Shown: positions 46,861 to 57,132 of the stretch, piece by piece
How the letters are laid out: each line of letters starts with the position of its first letter
How positions within the stretch are numbered: the stretch's first letter is position 1
Origin: Cyanobacteria bacterium auto_48_18
Lineage (GTDB): Bacteria; Cyanobacteriota; Vampirovibrionia; Obscuribacterales; Obscuribacteraceae
Assembly: GCA_036170915.1 (NCBI GenBank)
Contig: JAVHQC010000022.1
Span: 255,420-319,419, forward strand
Reading direction: 5' to 3'
DNA: 64,000 bases
Position numbers and translations under genes: made by a program
The notes under the pieces: generated by a model
What the model saw: the letters and a program-made list of their open reading frames with translations, nothing else
What the model was told of the DNA's origin: nothing
The model's database searches: none

Positions 46861-47904
46861 TCACGATTTGCCGTTTACAGCAGCCTGGCGAACTAATTTG
46901 TCGAGCCATGCATGCAGACTGATTCCTTCTTTAAGCGCAGCCTCTTGAGCTAATTTCTTTGCTTCAAGGCTCACTCCTTCCAGCTGCCCATAGAAGCGCG
47001 TTCGCATGGTGCCCCCGCGGCGTCCCTTATGCTCCAAATCTAAATTCAATGGTGGAGGGCCATCGCCTACCCGAAAATCAATCAGGTAGAAGCAGTTGCC
47101 TAGAAGCCAAGTAACATTCACATCACGCGCACATTCTGGTAAATGCTGCAATGGAGTTTTGTATTTGAATAGCGGATTGTTATTGCAGACGATTTCACCA
47201 AAAGTGGTGTTTTCTAGCCACGGTGGCACCGACTCGTCACCAATCACAATTTTGCCACCTTCTTTGACGATGCGCGAGAATTCAGCAAGGGTGCCCTTCG
47301 GATCTTCAAAATTGTTAAATCCGCCAAAGTGAAATATGGCGTCAAAATACTTATCTGGAAAAGGCAAATTGCGAGCGGTAGAAACAAAATAGTTTAATTC
47401 GCACGACAGTTTTAACTTCTCATAGTCGCGTTCAAGCCTGCTCTTGGTTATGGAAACCATGGCTCCTGAAAGATCTTGGAGAAAAAGTACACCCTGCTCG
47501 TTTAATTGCCTGGCGATTCGAAAAGAATCGCAACCTGTACCACAACCAATTTCCAGCACTCGGGAGTCTGGTTTCAGTTCCAAAGCTCTAACCATTTTTT
47601 CGCGAACTACTTCCTCATTTTCGTGAAAACTTTCAAAGAGCCAGTCCATGATGTTGTCATAAAATTCTTCTGTGTAATACTCTTCGTATTGATGTTTCGT
47701 TTCTAGTTCAATGGGTGACAGCTGGCCGCTTGATATGAAATGAGGCACTCCGTCCTTCAACTCATAGGAAAGTTCTTCGCCCGCTTTTGACAATGAGCTC
47801 AGACTGCCGGCGATTATGTCCTGCGTCTGTTCGCTCGCCGGCTCGAGAGTGAGCGGCGATTTGCTTATCGGACAAACATAAATTTCCATCAAAGACTTAT
47901 TCAT
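46861..47904 (-). CDS. Class I SAM methyltransferase with Trm112-like N-terminus and RHH-like C-terminus
   Basis: 'CPISKSPL...DGVPHF', 'VLEIGCGTG', 'LPFPDKYFD', 'RIVKEGG'. Confidence 0.85.
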   Translation of the reverse strand: MNKSLMEIYVCPISKSPLTLEPASEQTQDIIAGSLSSLSKAGEELSYELKDGVPHFISSGQLSPIELETKHQYEEYYTEEFYDNIMDWLFESFHENEEVVREKMVRALELKPDSRVLEIGCGTGCDSFRIARQLNEQGVLFLQDLSGAMVSITKSRLERDYEKLKLSCELNYFVSTARNLPFPDKYFDAIFHFGGFNNFEDPKGTLAEFSRIVKEGGKIVIGDESVPPWLENTTFGEIVCNNNPLFKYKTPLQHLPECARDVNVTWLLGNCFYLIDFRVGDGPPPLNLDLEHKGRRGGTMRTRFYGQLEGVSLEAKKLAQEAALKEGISLHAWLDKLVRQAAVNGKS

Positions 47905-47947
47905 CGAAACTTCCTTCTAAGTTTGATTTTCCTATTCTTGAAATGTG

Positions 47948-48625
47948 TCAAAAAGAACCGCTCAACATGGAGATAAATCTATCACTGGTCAGTGGTGCTT
48001 TTGCCGTTTGATTATTTAGAAAAACTTCTTTTGGCCCGGTGCTTTTCGTTATTAATGAATTGGCGCCGATAAAGTTTTCTTCGCCGATGATCACATCATT
48101 CGAAATCGAAGCGTTTATGCCGATGAAACTGAAGGGCATGATCTTGACGTGACCGGCCATGCATACATTTGACGTAATCCAGCAATGGTCAGAGACTATA
48201 GACTGGTCGCCGATCTGATTTGAACTCCAAATAGTGACATTATTTCCAATCTTAACATCGAAATTAATTGAGTTATTTTCTAGAATAAAACAGTTTTCGC
48301 CTACTTCCAGTTCATCGCCAAACTGAATAGTAGAACTTACGTAACTGGCAAGGGTATAGCCTTTTTCTTTGCATGCCATGTATTTGTCATATCGCAAGCG
48401 ATTGAGATTCTGGCTACCCAGAGGTACGAACAACTTGAATTGGTCAGGAGGAAAGAGTACTTGAACCTGGTCAAAGTCGACGACCGGTAAACCGCGATAT
48501 TCATCACAGTTCAGAAATTGTTTCTCCACAGTAAACGCACAAACTTGGTAATCACTATCTTTGCTCAAATAACGGTGGGCCACACTGGCACCACGCCCGG
48601 TGCCGAAGATAACAACTTTAAGCAT
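47948..48625 (-). CDS. Hexapeptide-repeat sugar acyltransferase (NeuD/PglD-like)
   Basis: N-terminal Rossmann 'IFGTG' plus LbH repeats (VGENCFI, IGNNVTI, IGEENFIGA). Confidence 0.87.
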   Translation of the reverse strand: MLKVVIFGTGRGASVAHRYLSKDSDYQVCAFTVEKQFLNCDEYRGLPVVDFDQVQVLFPPDQFKLFVPLGSQNLNRLRYDKYMACKEKGYTLASYVSSTIQFGDELEVGENCFILENNSINFDVKIGNNVTIWSSNQIGDQSIVSDHCWITSNVCMAGHVKIMPFSFIGINASISNDVIIGEENFIGANSLITKSTGPKEVFLNNQTAKAPLTSDRFISMLSGSF

Positions 48626-50201
48626 AAACAGATTGCTCCATGTACTCAGTTTTCAATCGCTTTCTGTCTAGCTTACCGTTCGCATTTTTCGGTAGTTGAT
48701 TTAAAAAATGAAATTTAGTCGGAATCATGTAGTGAGGAATAAGGCTAGTTAAACGGTGCCTAATTTCCTTCTCGGTGACTGCGTCGTTATTCACCTTAAT
48801 AAAGCCAATGATATGGCTCAAGTTGCGGATCTCGCAATGGATTACAGCGCATTGATCGACGTTGTCAATGCAGCTGATAGCGTTTTCTATTTCTTCCAAT
48901 TCGATTCGGTATCCCATATGTTTTATCTGATTATCGGCTCTGCCTGAAATCCAAAATTTTTGATCCAGTTCGGTGAATTGGACAACATCTCCTGTACGGT
49001 AGACGATATCTCTGTAGCTGTTGTGTCGAGGATTTTGAATGAAACTAGCTTCGGTGCGTTCGGGATCATTGTAGTAACCCAATCCCACATTGGGTCCGCA
49101 TAACACTAATTCACCCAGAGCTCCATCTTTGACAGGTTTAAGCTCTGAGTCAACAATTACCGCATCGAAATTGGGAGCCATCGCACCAAGAGGCAAAAAG
49201 CCCTTCAAATCCGAAAAATCCGCTTCAGAGACCCTATAGGATGAGCAGATACACGTACATTCGGTAGGCCCGTAAACGTTGTAAAAGTTGATTTTGGCCT
49301 GGAACATATCAAATAATTCTTTTAATTTGGCTTTAGGATACCCTTCGCCTCCAAAGATAATTCGCCTGATATGGCTGAAACTGGTGGGGGTGAGCGCTCT
49401 CACGGTTTGCAGGAAGATCAACATTGAGGGCACCGAAAACCAGGATGTGCACTTAAATTTGTCGAGAAGGAACATCAGCTTTGCTGGGTCGCGCACTGTT
49501 TTTGCGTCAAACAATGCAAGCGAGGCGCCAGAAAACAGTGACGAATAGATATCAAAAACGGAATTATCGAAGAACAATGGATTAACACTGGTTAGAACAT
49601 CATCACTGGTGAAGCCGTAGGTTTGAATACTCCATTCGATCAGATTGAGAACATTCTGATGCGTCATTGTCGCGCCTTTGGGAAAGCCAGTTGAGCCTGA
49701 AGTGAACATTATGTAAGCAGGACAGCTCGACGTTATTGATTGAAGACGGGCGGCGGCGACCTCGTTGATTTCGGAATTTTTGAAATCGTTTATAACGCCG
49801 TTCACGATGTTGGTATCGATGGCTTCAATGCCCGTCTGCCGCATCCCATCAATTTGCTCGGGAGAACAGATAGTTAATCGGGGCTTACACTTTTCAAAAA
49901 TCTTAGAAAGCCTGGCTAGAGGCGTCTCTGGATCGAAGACACTATACAAAATGCCCGCTTTCAGCGCGCCAAGAATGCAAGTGATCGTCAAAACACTCTT
50001 GTTGCCAATAATGCACAGAACTTCGCCCTGCTCAAGCTTATTGGATAGAAGATAATAAGCAAATTGATCGGATTTTTGATCTAATTCTGCATAAGTGACC
50101 GTGTCACTTTCAGTATGAATAGCCGGTTTATCACCAAATCGGCGAGCAACATCCTTAAATTTTTGGGCCAAGTTGTAAAAATAAAATTGGTCAGTTGTCA
50201 T
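48618..50201 (-). CDS. Stand-alone amino-acid adenylation enzyme (DltA/NRPS A-domain-like)
   Basis: A3 YIMFTSGSTGFPKG, A4 FDNS, A5 NVYGPTE, A7 YRTGD, A8 GRADNQIK..GYRIEL, A10 NGKLDR. Confidence 0.92.
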   Translation of the reverse strand: MTTDQFYFYNLAQKFKDVARRFGDKPAIHTESDTVTYAELDQKSDQFAYYLLSNKLEQGEVLCIIGNKSVLTITCILGALKAGILYSVFDPETPLARLSKIFEKCKPRLTICSPEQIDGMRQTGIEAIDTNIVNGVINDFKNSEINEVAAARLQSITSSCPAYIMFTSGSTGFPKGATMTHQNVLNLIEWSIQTYGFTSDDVLTSVNPLFFDNSVFDIYSSLFSGASLALFDAKTVRDPAKLMFLLDKFKCTSWFSVPSMLIFLQTVRALTPTSFSHIRRIIFGGEGYPKAKLKELFDMFQAKINFYNVYGPTECTCICSSYRVSEADFSDLKGFLPLGAMAPNFDAVIVDSELKPVKDGALGELVLCGPNVGLGYYNDPERTEASFIQNPRHNSYRDIVYRTGDVVQFTELDQKFWISGRADNQIKHMGYRIELEEIENAISCIDNVDQCAVIHCEIRNLSHIIGFIKVNNDAVTEKEIRHRLTSLIPHYMIPTKFHFLNQLPKNANGKLDRKRLKTEYMEQSVYA

Positions 50202-50947
50202 AGTATTAAGCCGCCATCAATCTCTAGAATTTTCCCGTTAAGAAATTCATTTTTTAGGCCTGCAATAACAAACACCGCAATTTCGGCTGCTGCTCCGAGT
50301 CGCTTCAGCGGTACTTTATTTACTGTTTCCATAAGAATTTTCTCGTTCATGACCAGATGAGTTGAGTCTGTATTGCAAAACCCTGGCGCTATACCAAAGC
50401 AGCGAATTCCCATAAGAGGTAACTCCTTTGCCCAGACTTTCGTAAGCGCTTCCAACCCAGCTTTAGCCGCAGCATAGGCAGATTGACCTGCGTTTCCGCG
50501 TGCAGATATTGAGCTAATATTTACAATAACGCCTTTTGTCCGTTTTCGAATCATGGCTTCCACAGTATGTTTGGTCATGTAAAAGGCAGATGTAAGATTT
50601 GTAGATATTACTTTTGCCCACATGAGAGAATCGTGGGAAACAAGGCCAGCACTACCGAATGAAATCAATGGAGCGCTAAAAAGAATTCCGACGTTGTTAA
50701 CAAGTGCGTCAATATGTCCAAGTTTTCCGGCTATCTCTTTTATCGTAGCGGCAACCTGATCTTCGTCGGTAACATCGCAAAGAAAAGAATAAAGACCATC
50801 TTGACTAGCCAGCGCATTAAGCGCCGATTGATCTGCGTCTAAAACGGCTACGACAGCTTTTTCTTTAAGCAATTGGTTAACGATTTCGAGACCCAGCCCG
50901 CGTGCGCCACCAGTGACGATACAAACTTTCCCGTCTAAAGAGAGCAT
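50198..50947 (-). CDS. FabG-like SDR oxidoreductase
   Basis: TGGARGLG, NNVG, 'GQSAYAAAK', 'IAPGF', 'DGG'. Confidence 0.88.
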   Translation of the reverse strand: MLSLDGKVCIVTGGARGLGLEIVNQLLKEKAVVAVLDADQSALNALASQDGLYSFLCDVTDEDQVAATIKEIAGKLGHIDALVNNVGILFSAPLISFGSAGLVSHDSLMWAKVISTNLTSAFYMTKHTVEAMIRKRTKGVIVNISSISARGNAGQSAYAAAKAGLEALTKVWAKELPLMGIRCFGIAPGFCNTDSTHLVMNEKILMETVNKVPLKRLGAAAEIAVFVIAGLKNEFLNGKILEIDGGLIL

Positions 50948-51210
50948 TAGACGGACGATTTGCTGACGATCAGTTCTCTAATCGCGCCGATATTTTGCAT
51001 CGAAGAAATTTCATCAAACGTAAGAGCAAAATTGAATTCTTGCTCTATGGCGACGATTAATTCCATATGGCGCAATGAGTCCCAAAGGTCGACGTCATTC
51101 GTAGTTAGAGCATCGCTTGCGCCTGCCGGCAATTTGAAACACTCGTAAAAAACTTTGTCTAACCGGGCTAGGAGCGCCGTATCGGACGAATTTTCGGAGA
51201 AAGTCTGCAT
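50947..51210 (-). CDS. Acyl/aminoacyl carrier protein
   Basis: 87 aa acidic protein, 'WDSL.H.ELI..IE..F' phosphopantetheine site. Confidence 0.9.
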   Translation of the reverse strand: MQTFSENSSDTALLARLDKVFYECFKLPAGASDALTTNDVDLWDSLRHMELIVAIEQEFNFALTFDEISSMQNIGAIRELIVSKSSV

Positions 51211-51326
51211 TGATTAATCCACGCTGAAACGCATTGTAGGACCCAATTCTATCAAATTGCAGTATTTACTTGAAGCCAAAACGACACAATGTCACGAAAT
51301 CGTGCACATCTTACCCGTTCTGGCAG

Positions 51327-52064
51327 TTACATATGAATTGCAGGCTGGAAGGATTTCATAAAATTGGCAGCAGATGCGCCTTCGTTAAAGAGCAGGTCAA
51401 GAACGGTAATGTGATGATCGAAAGGTGGGAAAAGCTGGTGATATTCAGGATAACCGCTATAGTCCATCCAGACAATTTCTATGGCGTTGTTTGCAAACAG
51501 TTCTTCGTCAATATATGGCTTCGCTGCCGGCCCCGAATAATATATCTCAGCTTTAGCTTGCTTGCATAAGCTAATTAGGCGCATGTTCTTATCGCCTTCC
51601 AATGTGTAATCTGAGGCATTGGTTAATGGAGTTACAATTCCAAGCAGATCACACAGCATCTCTAAAAATTTACGATTTATTTGCGACAAGCTCAAACCGT
51701 CCAACTCCGAAAACGCCACGTCAAATGAGTCACGGTAATTAGCGAAGAATGGTGCTTTTGAGTAGTTGTGCTTAATGGCATTCCAGTGCGCCTTACTCCA
51801 ATCGTTGTTAGATGTTCTCATCTCGTCAATGCGAGCTAGATACTTACCTTTTGATTCAACGGGAATTGTTAGCCATTCTGAGCCGCGAGGTGTTTTTATT
51901 CTGTTTCTGTTTCGCCAGTCGCGTCTTGTGAATTGGACACAGTCATACAAAATAAATTCGTCGACAAGGTTAATCAGATCGAAATATCCCTTCCATGGAA
52001 TATAGGACGACTGAAGAATAGCGCACTTCTTTTTTACCGCCACTGATGACTCCACGGTTTGCAC
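51327..52064 (-). CDS. WbqC-family protein (second copy)
   Basis: 'QSSYIPWKGYFD', 'WRNRNRIKT', 'WLTIP', 'SGPAA', 'LDLLFNEG'. Confidence 0.9.
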   Translation of the reverse strand: MQTVESSVAVKKKCAILQSSYIPWKGYFDLINLVDEFILYDCVQFTRRDWRNRNRIKTPRGSEWLTIPVESKGKYLARIDEMRTSNNDWSKAHWNAIKHNYSKAPFFANYRDSFDVAFSELDGLSLSQINRKFLEMLCDLLGIVTPLTNASDYTLEGDKNMRLISLCKQAKAEIYYSGPAAKPYIDEELFANNAIEIVWMDYSGYPEYHQLFPPFDHHITVLDLLFNEGASAANFMKSFQPAIHM

Positions 52065-52289
52065 TCTTCTATTAACTTGCTGTTGCGCGTGTGAATTCGC
52101 GTGCTCTTACAAGACTCTGGTGAGGATAACAGAGGCGGTATCGGCCTGTCGCACCTGATATTTAATTTATGATTCTGTTGGGTATTTTTATCATGCAAAC
52201 AATCCTCCCATTTAGATTAATATGAGCTGGACTGATGTCGGGCCAGCGGTGCTTAGCGCTGTAGGAATTATTCAAATAGCGGGAAACAA

Positions 52290-52925
52290 ATGTCATCGCA
52301 TTCGCCTATTGAATCTAAAAACCAACTTTTGGAAAAGCAGGAGCCATTATCAAATGAAGACAAGGCGCTTTTTGGATATTTCGGTGTCAATGCAAAGATT
52401 TTGCCGCCTTATCGAATTCTAAATCCACAAAATCTGTTTATCGGCGACTTTACTTCCATTCGAGAATGCTGTCATATAAATGCATTTGTCGATCTTTCTT
52501 TTTTGCGAAATTACGTAGACCCTCAGTTCATTGATGATTTGCCTGAACATCTTTATCATTACAAAAGTAGAATCGAAATAGGTCGAGAGTGCCAATTAGG
52601 TCGGTTTGCTTTCATGTCCTGCACGAATGAAATAAAGATTGAAAAAAATGTTGTAATTTCTGAGCGAGTATTTATAGGAGACAACAATCACACTTTTTCT
52701 CACCCGGAAGTGCCGATTGTTCAGCAACCGAACAAAGTAGGTGATCCGGTACTAATAGGCACAGGGAGCTGGATAGGTGTAGGTTCTGCAATACTTGCCG
52801 GAGCCAGAATTGGAAAAAATACTGCTGTTGGTGCAAACAGTGTTGTGAGAGCTGGTCAGTATCCAGACCATGCGGTGATTGGACCGCCGGCCGCAGAAGT
52901 TTTGTTCAGACGGCATCAAACTTAA
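52290..52925 (+). CDS. Hexapeptide-repeat acyltransferase (maltose/galactoside O-acetyltransferase-like)
   Basis: 'D.NH', 'IG.GSWIG...AIL.G..IG.N..VGANSVV'. Confidence 0.85.
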   Translation: MSSHSPIESKNQLLEKQEPLSNEDKALFGYFGVNAKILPPYRILNPQNLFIGDFTSIRECCHINAFVDLSFLRNYVDPQFIDDLPEHLYHYKSRIEIGRECQLGRFAFMSCTNEIKIEKNVVISERVFIGDNNHTFSHPEVPIVQQPNKVGDPVLIGTGSWIGVGSAILAGARIGKNTAVGANSVVRAGQYPDHAVIGPPAAEVLFRRHQT

Positions 52926-52987
52926 ATGTGTTAAGGCGGTTTAAGCGAACTTCGTACCACTGTTAGCTTTTTCAAAAGGAAATTTCA

Positions 52988-53671
52988 TTGGAAATTGATA
53001 CAAATTATGATGCCTTCTACAAAGATAGAGATCCTGTTTTTGTCTACCCGGTGGAATTTGTCGTCCGCGCCTTTCTTGGCACTTATCCTAATTTAGGTTT
53101 AGTTAAACCAAATTTTGCGGGAGCTAGTGTTCTTGACCTTGGTTTTGGTGACGGCCGAAATATGCCCTTATTGTCCAATTTAGGTATGACAGTTTCGGGA
53201 GTCGAAATTGCTGAAGATATCTGCACTCGAACTAAAGAACGGATGAAAAAGCTCGGTCTTGAAGTTGATACACGAGTCGGCCGCAACAATGCTATCCCGT
53301 TTAAAGATGGGGAGTTTGATCATTTGTTGGCATGCCATAGTTGTTATTACATAGATCAAGGAACTACTTTTGATGACAATTTAAAAGAGATCGCACGAGT
53401 CCTAAAACAGGGAGGCTGGTTTGTGTTCTCAGCCCCGATTGACACGAGCTACATTTTTAAGAACGCTCGCGATTTAGGTGATTCCCACATGGTTATCGCT
53501 AGTGATCCCTATGGCGTGAGAAATGGCTATGTTTTAAAAGCTTTTACTACACCTGAGAAAATTAGAAACTCACTTCTACCGTATTTCGAAGGTGTATCTA
53601 TAGGTGCCTGTCGCAATGATTTCTGGGGAGTTGAAGAGCATGTTTGGACTGTGGTTTGCGTTCGCAAATAA
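52988..53671 (+). CDS. Class I SAM-dependent methyltransferase
   Basis: 'VLDLGFGDGRN', 'IPFKDGEFD', 'RVLKQGG'. Confidence 0.87.
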   Translation: MEIDTNYDAFYKDRDPVFVYPVEFVVRAFLGTYPNLGLVKPNFAGASVLDLGFGDGRNMPLLSNLGMTVSGVEIAEDICTRTKERMKKLGLEVDTRVGRNNAIPFKDGEFDHLLACHSCYYIDQGTTFDDNLKEIARVLKQGGWFVFSAPIDTSYIFKNARDLGDSHMVIASDPYGVRNGYVLKAFTTPEKIRNSLLPYFEGVSIGACRNDFWGVEEHVWTVVCVRK

Positions 53672-53680
53672 CTCTGTAAT

Positions 53681-54679
53681 TCAGACCCGTAAGTAGTCTT
53701 TTAAATTGCTCGTCTCTTCGACTTGACCACTCAGGAGTTCATTTACATCGGTCTCGTCGACTTGATATGAAGGTCTGTCCATTGTTCGTGTGTAGATCCT
53801 GCCCACATATTCGCCAATAATTCCAAGCGCTAACAACTGAGCACCGGAAAAGATAATTATAATCGAGGCCAGGAAGGCGAAACCCGGCACCACAACGCCC
53901 CAGAGCATATAGCGCCCAAAAACATATGCCAGCAGCACAACTCCCAGGCCGACTAACGCCAGCCCATTTAAGCTGGCTATTTGCAATGGCAAGGTACTGA
54001 AGCCGGTAAGCATGTTCACGGCGTGCGTGATTAGTTTGCCAAACGTGTAATTAGATGTCTGATAACTGCGAGGTCGATGTTGTACCAAAACCATGCCGAA
54101 CTTGTTTGAACCCCAAGTGAGTAAAACATCGAGATTTACTGAAGGGCTGGAATAATTTTCAAATGAACGTCTTATTTTGGTCTTGAATGCTCTAAAAGCA
54201 CTTACGTCTGGGGCCGCAGCGTTGCCCAGTGCCTGTTTAATCACGAGCTTTGTTAGAGCAGACGCTGTATCTCTGAAAAGACCGTGTTCTTGTCTTGCAG
54301 GACGCCCATAGACAACGTCTATATCTTCTTCAACCAACTTATTGACCAGGGTCTTAATTTCGGCAGGAGGATGCTGTTGGTCATCATCCATTGTTAGTGT
54401 AATCTCGTATTGAGCTTCGCGAATGCCACAGAGGAGAGCGTTGTGCTGGCCGTAATTCCGCATTAAATTGATGCCGCGAAGCCAGGAATACTTCCTTTGC
54501 AAAGCGCAAATTACGTTCCAGCTAGCATCCATGCTCCCGTCATTGACCAGTATTACCTCAAAATTGTGGGCTACAACTGGAAGTTCCTCGCCTAGCGCCT
54601 GGACGAGCAAATCCAAACATCCCGCACTGTTGTATACCGGAATTACTACGCTAAGGTTTGGTTTCCATTTTTGAGTCAT
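53681..54679 (-). CDS. GT2 polyprenyl-phosphate glycosyltransferase (ArnC-like)
   Basis: 'VIPVYN', 'VNDGS', 'RNYGQHNA', 'MDDDQQHPP', 'SAFR', 'GEYVGR', 'RPSY'. Confidence 0.9.
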   Translation of the reverse strand: MTQKWKPNLSVVIPVYNSAGCLDLLVQALGEELPVVAHNFEVILVNDGSMDASWNVICALQRKYSWLRGINLMRNYGQHNALLCGIREAQYEITLTMDDDQQHPPAEIKTLVNKLVEEDIDVVYGRPARQEHGLFRDTASALTKLVIKQALGNAAAPDVSAFRAFKTKIRRSFENYSSPSVNLDVLLTWGSNKFGMVLVQHRPRSYQTSNYTFGKLITHAVNMLTGFSTLPLQIASLNGLALVGLGVVLLAYVFGRYMLWGVVVPGFAFLASIIIIFSGAQLLALGIIGEYVGRIYTRTMDRPSYQVDETDVNELLSGQVEETSNLKDYLRV

Positions 54680-54817
54680 GATTTGCACTCTACCAGGCTG
54701 AGAGATTGTCATTATGCTAGAACGAGGCATCTTGCAAAGCTTAATTAGTTAAAACTAAGCCAAAAGCAATAAACTTCTTTATTTCAATTCTCCTGAAACA
54801 GTCACGAATTGTCAGTT

Positions 54818-56548
54818 TCATTGTTCGGATATTGCTGCTTTTGATTTGAAAGGAACTTCAATGGTAAGTGGCAATTTCTTCAGCTGGTAGATCGCAAGAT
54901 AGGTGGTCTCTAATACTTTTACAAAGGTGACCTTGCACTTGTAATGTTCTTCGATATATTGGCGAAGGCACTTATTAAACAGGGATTGCTCACTGATCAG
55001 GAAAACATTCTCCTCTTTGTAAAGGCTCTGGCAAACTTCATTTTCATTAAGATGAAACTGTTTCAATCGTTCCATGACCGGTGGAGACTGGCCGAGAGAA
55101 CCAATCGGGAGCAGGTTCAACGATTTAAATACTACATTTAGATTATCATCTGGGGACAACATTTCAAAAGGAAAGCATGTCGCCCAGGCGTAGTACAGAT
55201 CTTTAGGAGAAGGCTGAAGAGTTCTCAACGCATTGTTTAAGGACCTTCTAATCGCGCTCTGATTTTGGCTGGGTTTAATGCAGCTGAAATCTATATAGCA
55301 GGCAAGAGCAAAGATTCCCAGAATGGTAGCGGAGATTACAAACGCTCGGCCCTTACGTGTCTGAAACAAGTTCTGCACAATAGTGTTGATTTTACGTTCG
55401 TCTACAAAAATAAGCACCACAGCCACAAGGTATGCCGCGATCGAAAAATAGATTCGTGGCGGAATTCTGTTTATCAAAACAATACTCAAGCAAAAAACCG
55501 CGATGCCCTGGATCAATAAGCTCTTACGGTTAAATCGTTCAAGGTCTAAAAAAATTGAACCGAATGCCACTGTAAAAATGGCCGGCCAGATCAGTGGATT
55601 GCTGAAAATTTTTTCGAGCACTTGCAAAATTTGTTTTAACTGAAGCTTGTTGGGAGGTATGACTGCAGCAGCCGCCTCCATCGTTTCGGCGCTAAAAACA
55701 TTTTTGTCTATGAAGAAGAATAACCTGATCATCTCAAGATCATTGGTTGACCAACCTAACTCGCGCCGAATTTTCTGCATGCTTTCTTGGGGTAATTTTC
55801 GGTCCGGGTAATCGGAGAAAAAGGCTCTAGCGCTATTCAGCCGATAAAAACCTTGCCAGCCTGTTTCCGCATAATAGCGATTATTGATCCACATAAGCAT
55901 GCTATTTGCTGCAAAAGCAGCTATTAAAATTATGGTGGCGATCAAAGATCTGCGTACTTGTTTTGTTGTCATAAAAACCGAAATCACAGTACTTAGTGAC
56001 AGAGCAAAAATTAGCTCGAAGCTCACACCCCGAAGGACAGCCGACAAAAAGAACAAGAAGAACGCAGCAAAAAGATAAATCTTCCGTTCATCCCATTTTT
56101 CGAACCAAATTAAAAGTGCGCAAAGACCAGAAAGTGCTAGAAGAGCTGCTGTTGTCGTAAATTGGAGGCTAATTATGATGTGGATGCCAATCGTAATGAA
56201 GAACACGATGAACAGTGCTAAGCGGTTAATATCATTGCGTTTTATTAAAAAAGTGTAGCAAATTACGTACAGAGCAACAATTTGAGCAAGGCGTAAGTTA
56301 TAGGTGTACCAGGGACATGAAGGCCATTTCTGATACAGCTCGCGAAGCATAATGCCAAGACCGATATTTGAGTATGGTAGGTGTTCGTCCGGGGCAGAGC
56401 AAATTCCGGCACCAGCGCTGAGCATTGCTGCGGAGGGATCATCATTTGATTCCCAAAAAGAATGCATAGTAAAGGTACAAGTACAATAGAGAATACATAC
56501 TGTAATTAAGCTGGTGATTGCAGGGTGAGGAAGCTTTAGAGTTACCAT
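54818..56548 (-). CDS. Polytopic membrane protein, putative GT-C ('NDD' family copy 2)
   Basis: 'WESNDD', 'PDEHL', 'WY', 'LQFTT', 'GWQGFY..N', 'WSTND'. Confidence 0.6.
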   Translation of the reverse strand: MVTLKLPHPAITSLITVCILYCTCTFTMHSFWESNDDPSAAMLSAGAGICSAPDEHLPYSNIGLGIMLRELYQKWPSCPWYTYNLRLAQIVALYVICYTFLIKRNDINRLALFIVFFITIGIHIIISLQFTTTAALLALSGLCALLIWFEKWDERKIYLFAAFFLFFLSAVLRGVSFELIFALSLSTVISVFMTTKQVRRSLIATIILIAAFAANSMLMWINNRYYAETGWQGFYRLNSARAFFSDYPDRKLPQESMQKIRRELGWSTNDLEMIRLFFFIDKNVFSAETMEAAAAVIPPNKLQLKQILQVLEKIFSNPLIWPAIFTVAFGSIFLDLERFNRKSLLIQGIAVFCLSIVLINRIPPRIYFSIAAYLVAVVLIFVDERKINTIVQNLFQTRKGRAFVISATILGIFALACYIDFSCIKPSQNQSAIRRSLNNALRTLQPSPKDLYYAWATCFPFEMLSPDDNLNVVFKSLNLLPIGSLGQSPPVMERLKQFHLNENEVCQSLYKEENVFLISEQSLFNKCLRQYIEEHYKCKVTFVKVLETTYLAIYQLKKLPLTIEVPFKSKAAISEQ

Positions 56549-57132
56549 TAGTTCTTGATGTACTCAAATTGATAAAAGTTAGACCATGTAAGCGATCGCC
56601 AATCTTTAACTGAAGCCGATGTGAAGGCCACGTTTTCTCGACAGCAAATATTGTAACCTTTGTCTAAGCCTCCGTTTAAAAACAATCAAGACACTAACAA
56701 TTTACTTTTCAAGCTTCCAATCGGCAATTCCGTCGGACAAGCCTAAGTCTCTATAACGACTGTCGCTCGATTATTACTGGTCATGCTCATCTGCTGACTG
56801 AGGCTTGGTTGCGTATGTGGTGCGTTATATCTGGGCATTAGTGAAGAATGACTCGGATCTAAAATAAGAACCGCGACAAAAGGCCACGAGCGTGTCGATG
56901 ATATAACGTCTATTAGAGCTTAGTTTCTAATGATTATTCGCTCAAGCTATCTACAGTAGAGGGCATATAGTAGCCTAGCCTTCAAACACTGATATGATTA
57001 TGAAGATTTTTACCCTGTTTGGTCCTTCTGTAAAAAGTCTGATATGTGCGATAAGAGCGCTTTCTGCAGGCACCTTCAGTTTTCAGGCATTCAAACCGTG
57101 CGAAATTTAAGCAACTACATTCGAGAAGACGC

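Noticed and set aside
48618..51210. NRPS/PKS secondary-metabolite cluster or dlt operon
   Set aside because: No condensation, ketosynthase or thioesterase domains and no DltB MBOAT. The context points to glycan acylation.
56592..56599. HIP1 octamer GCGATCGC
   Set aside because: Only an isolated copy was noticed, far from the density typical of HIP1-rich cyanobacteria.
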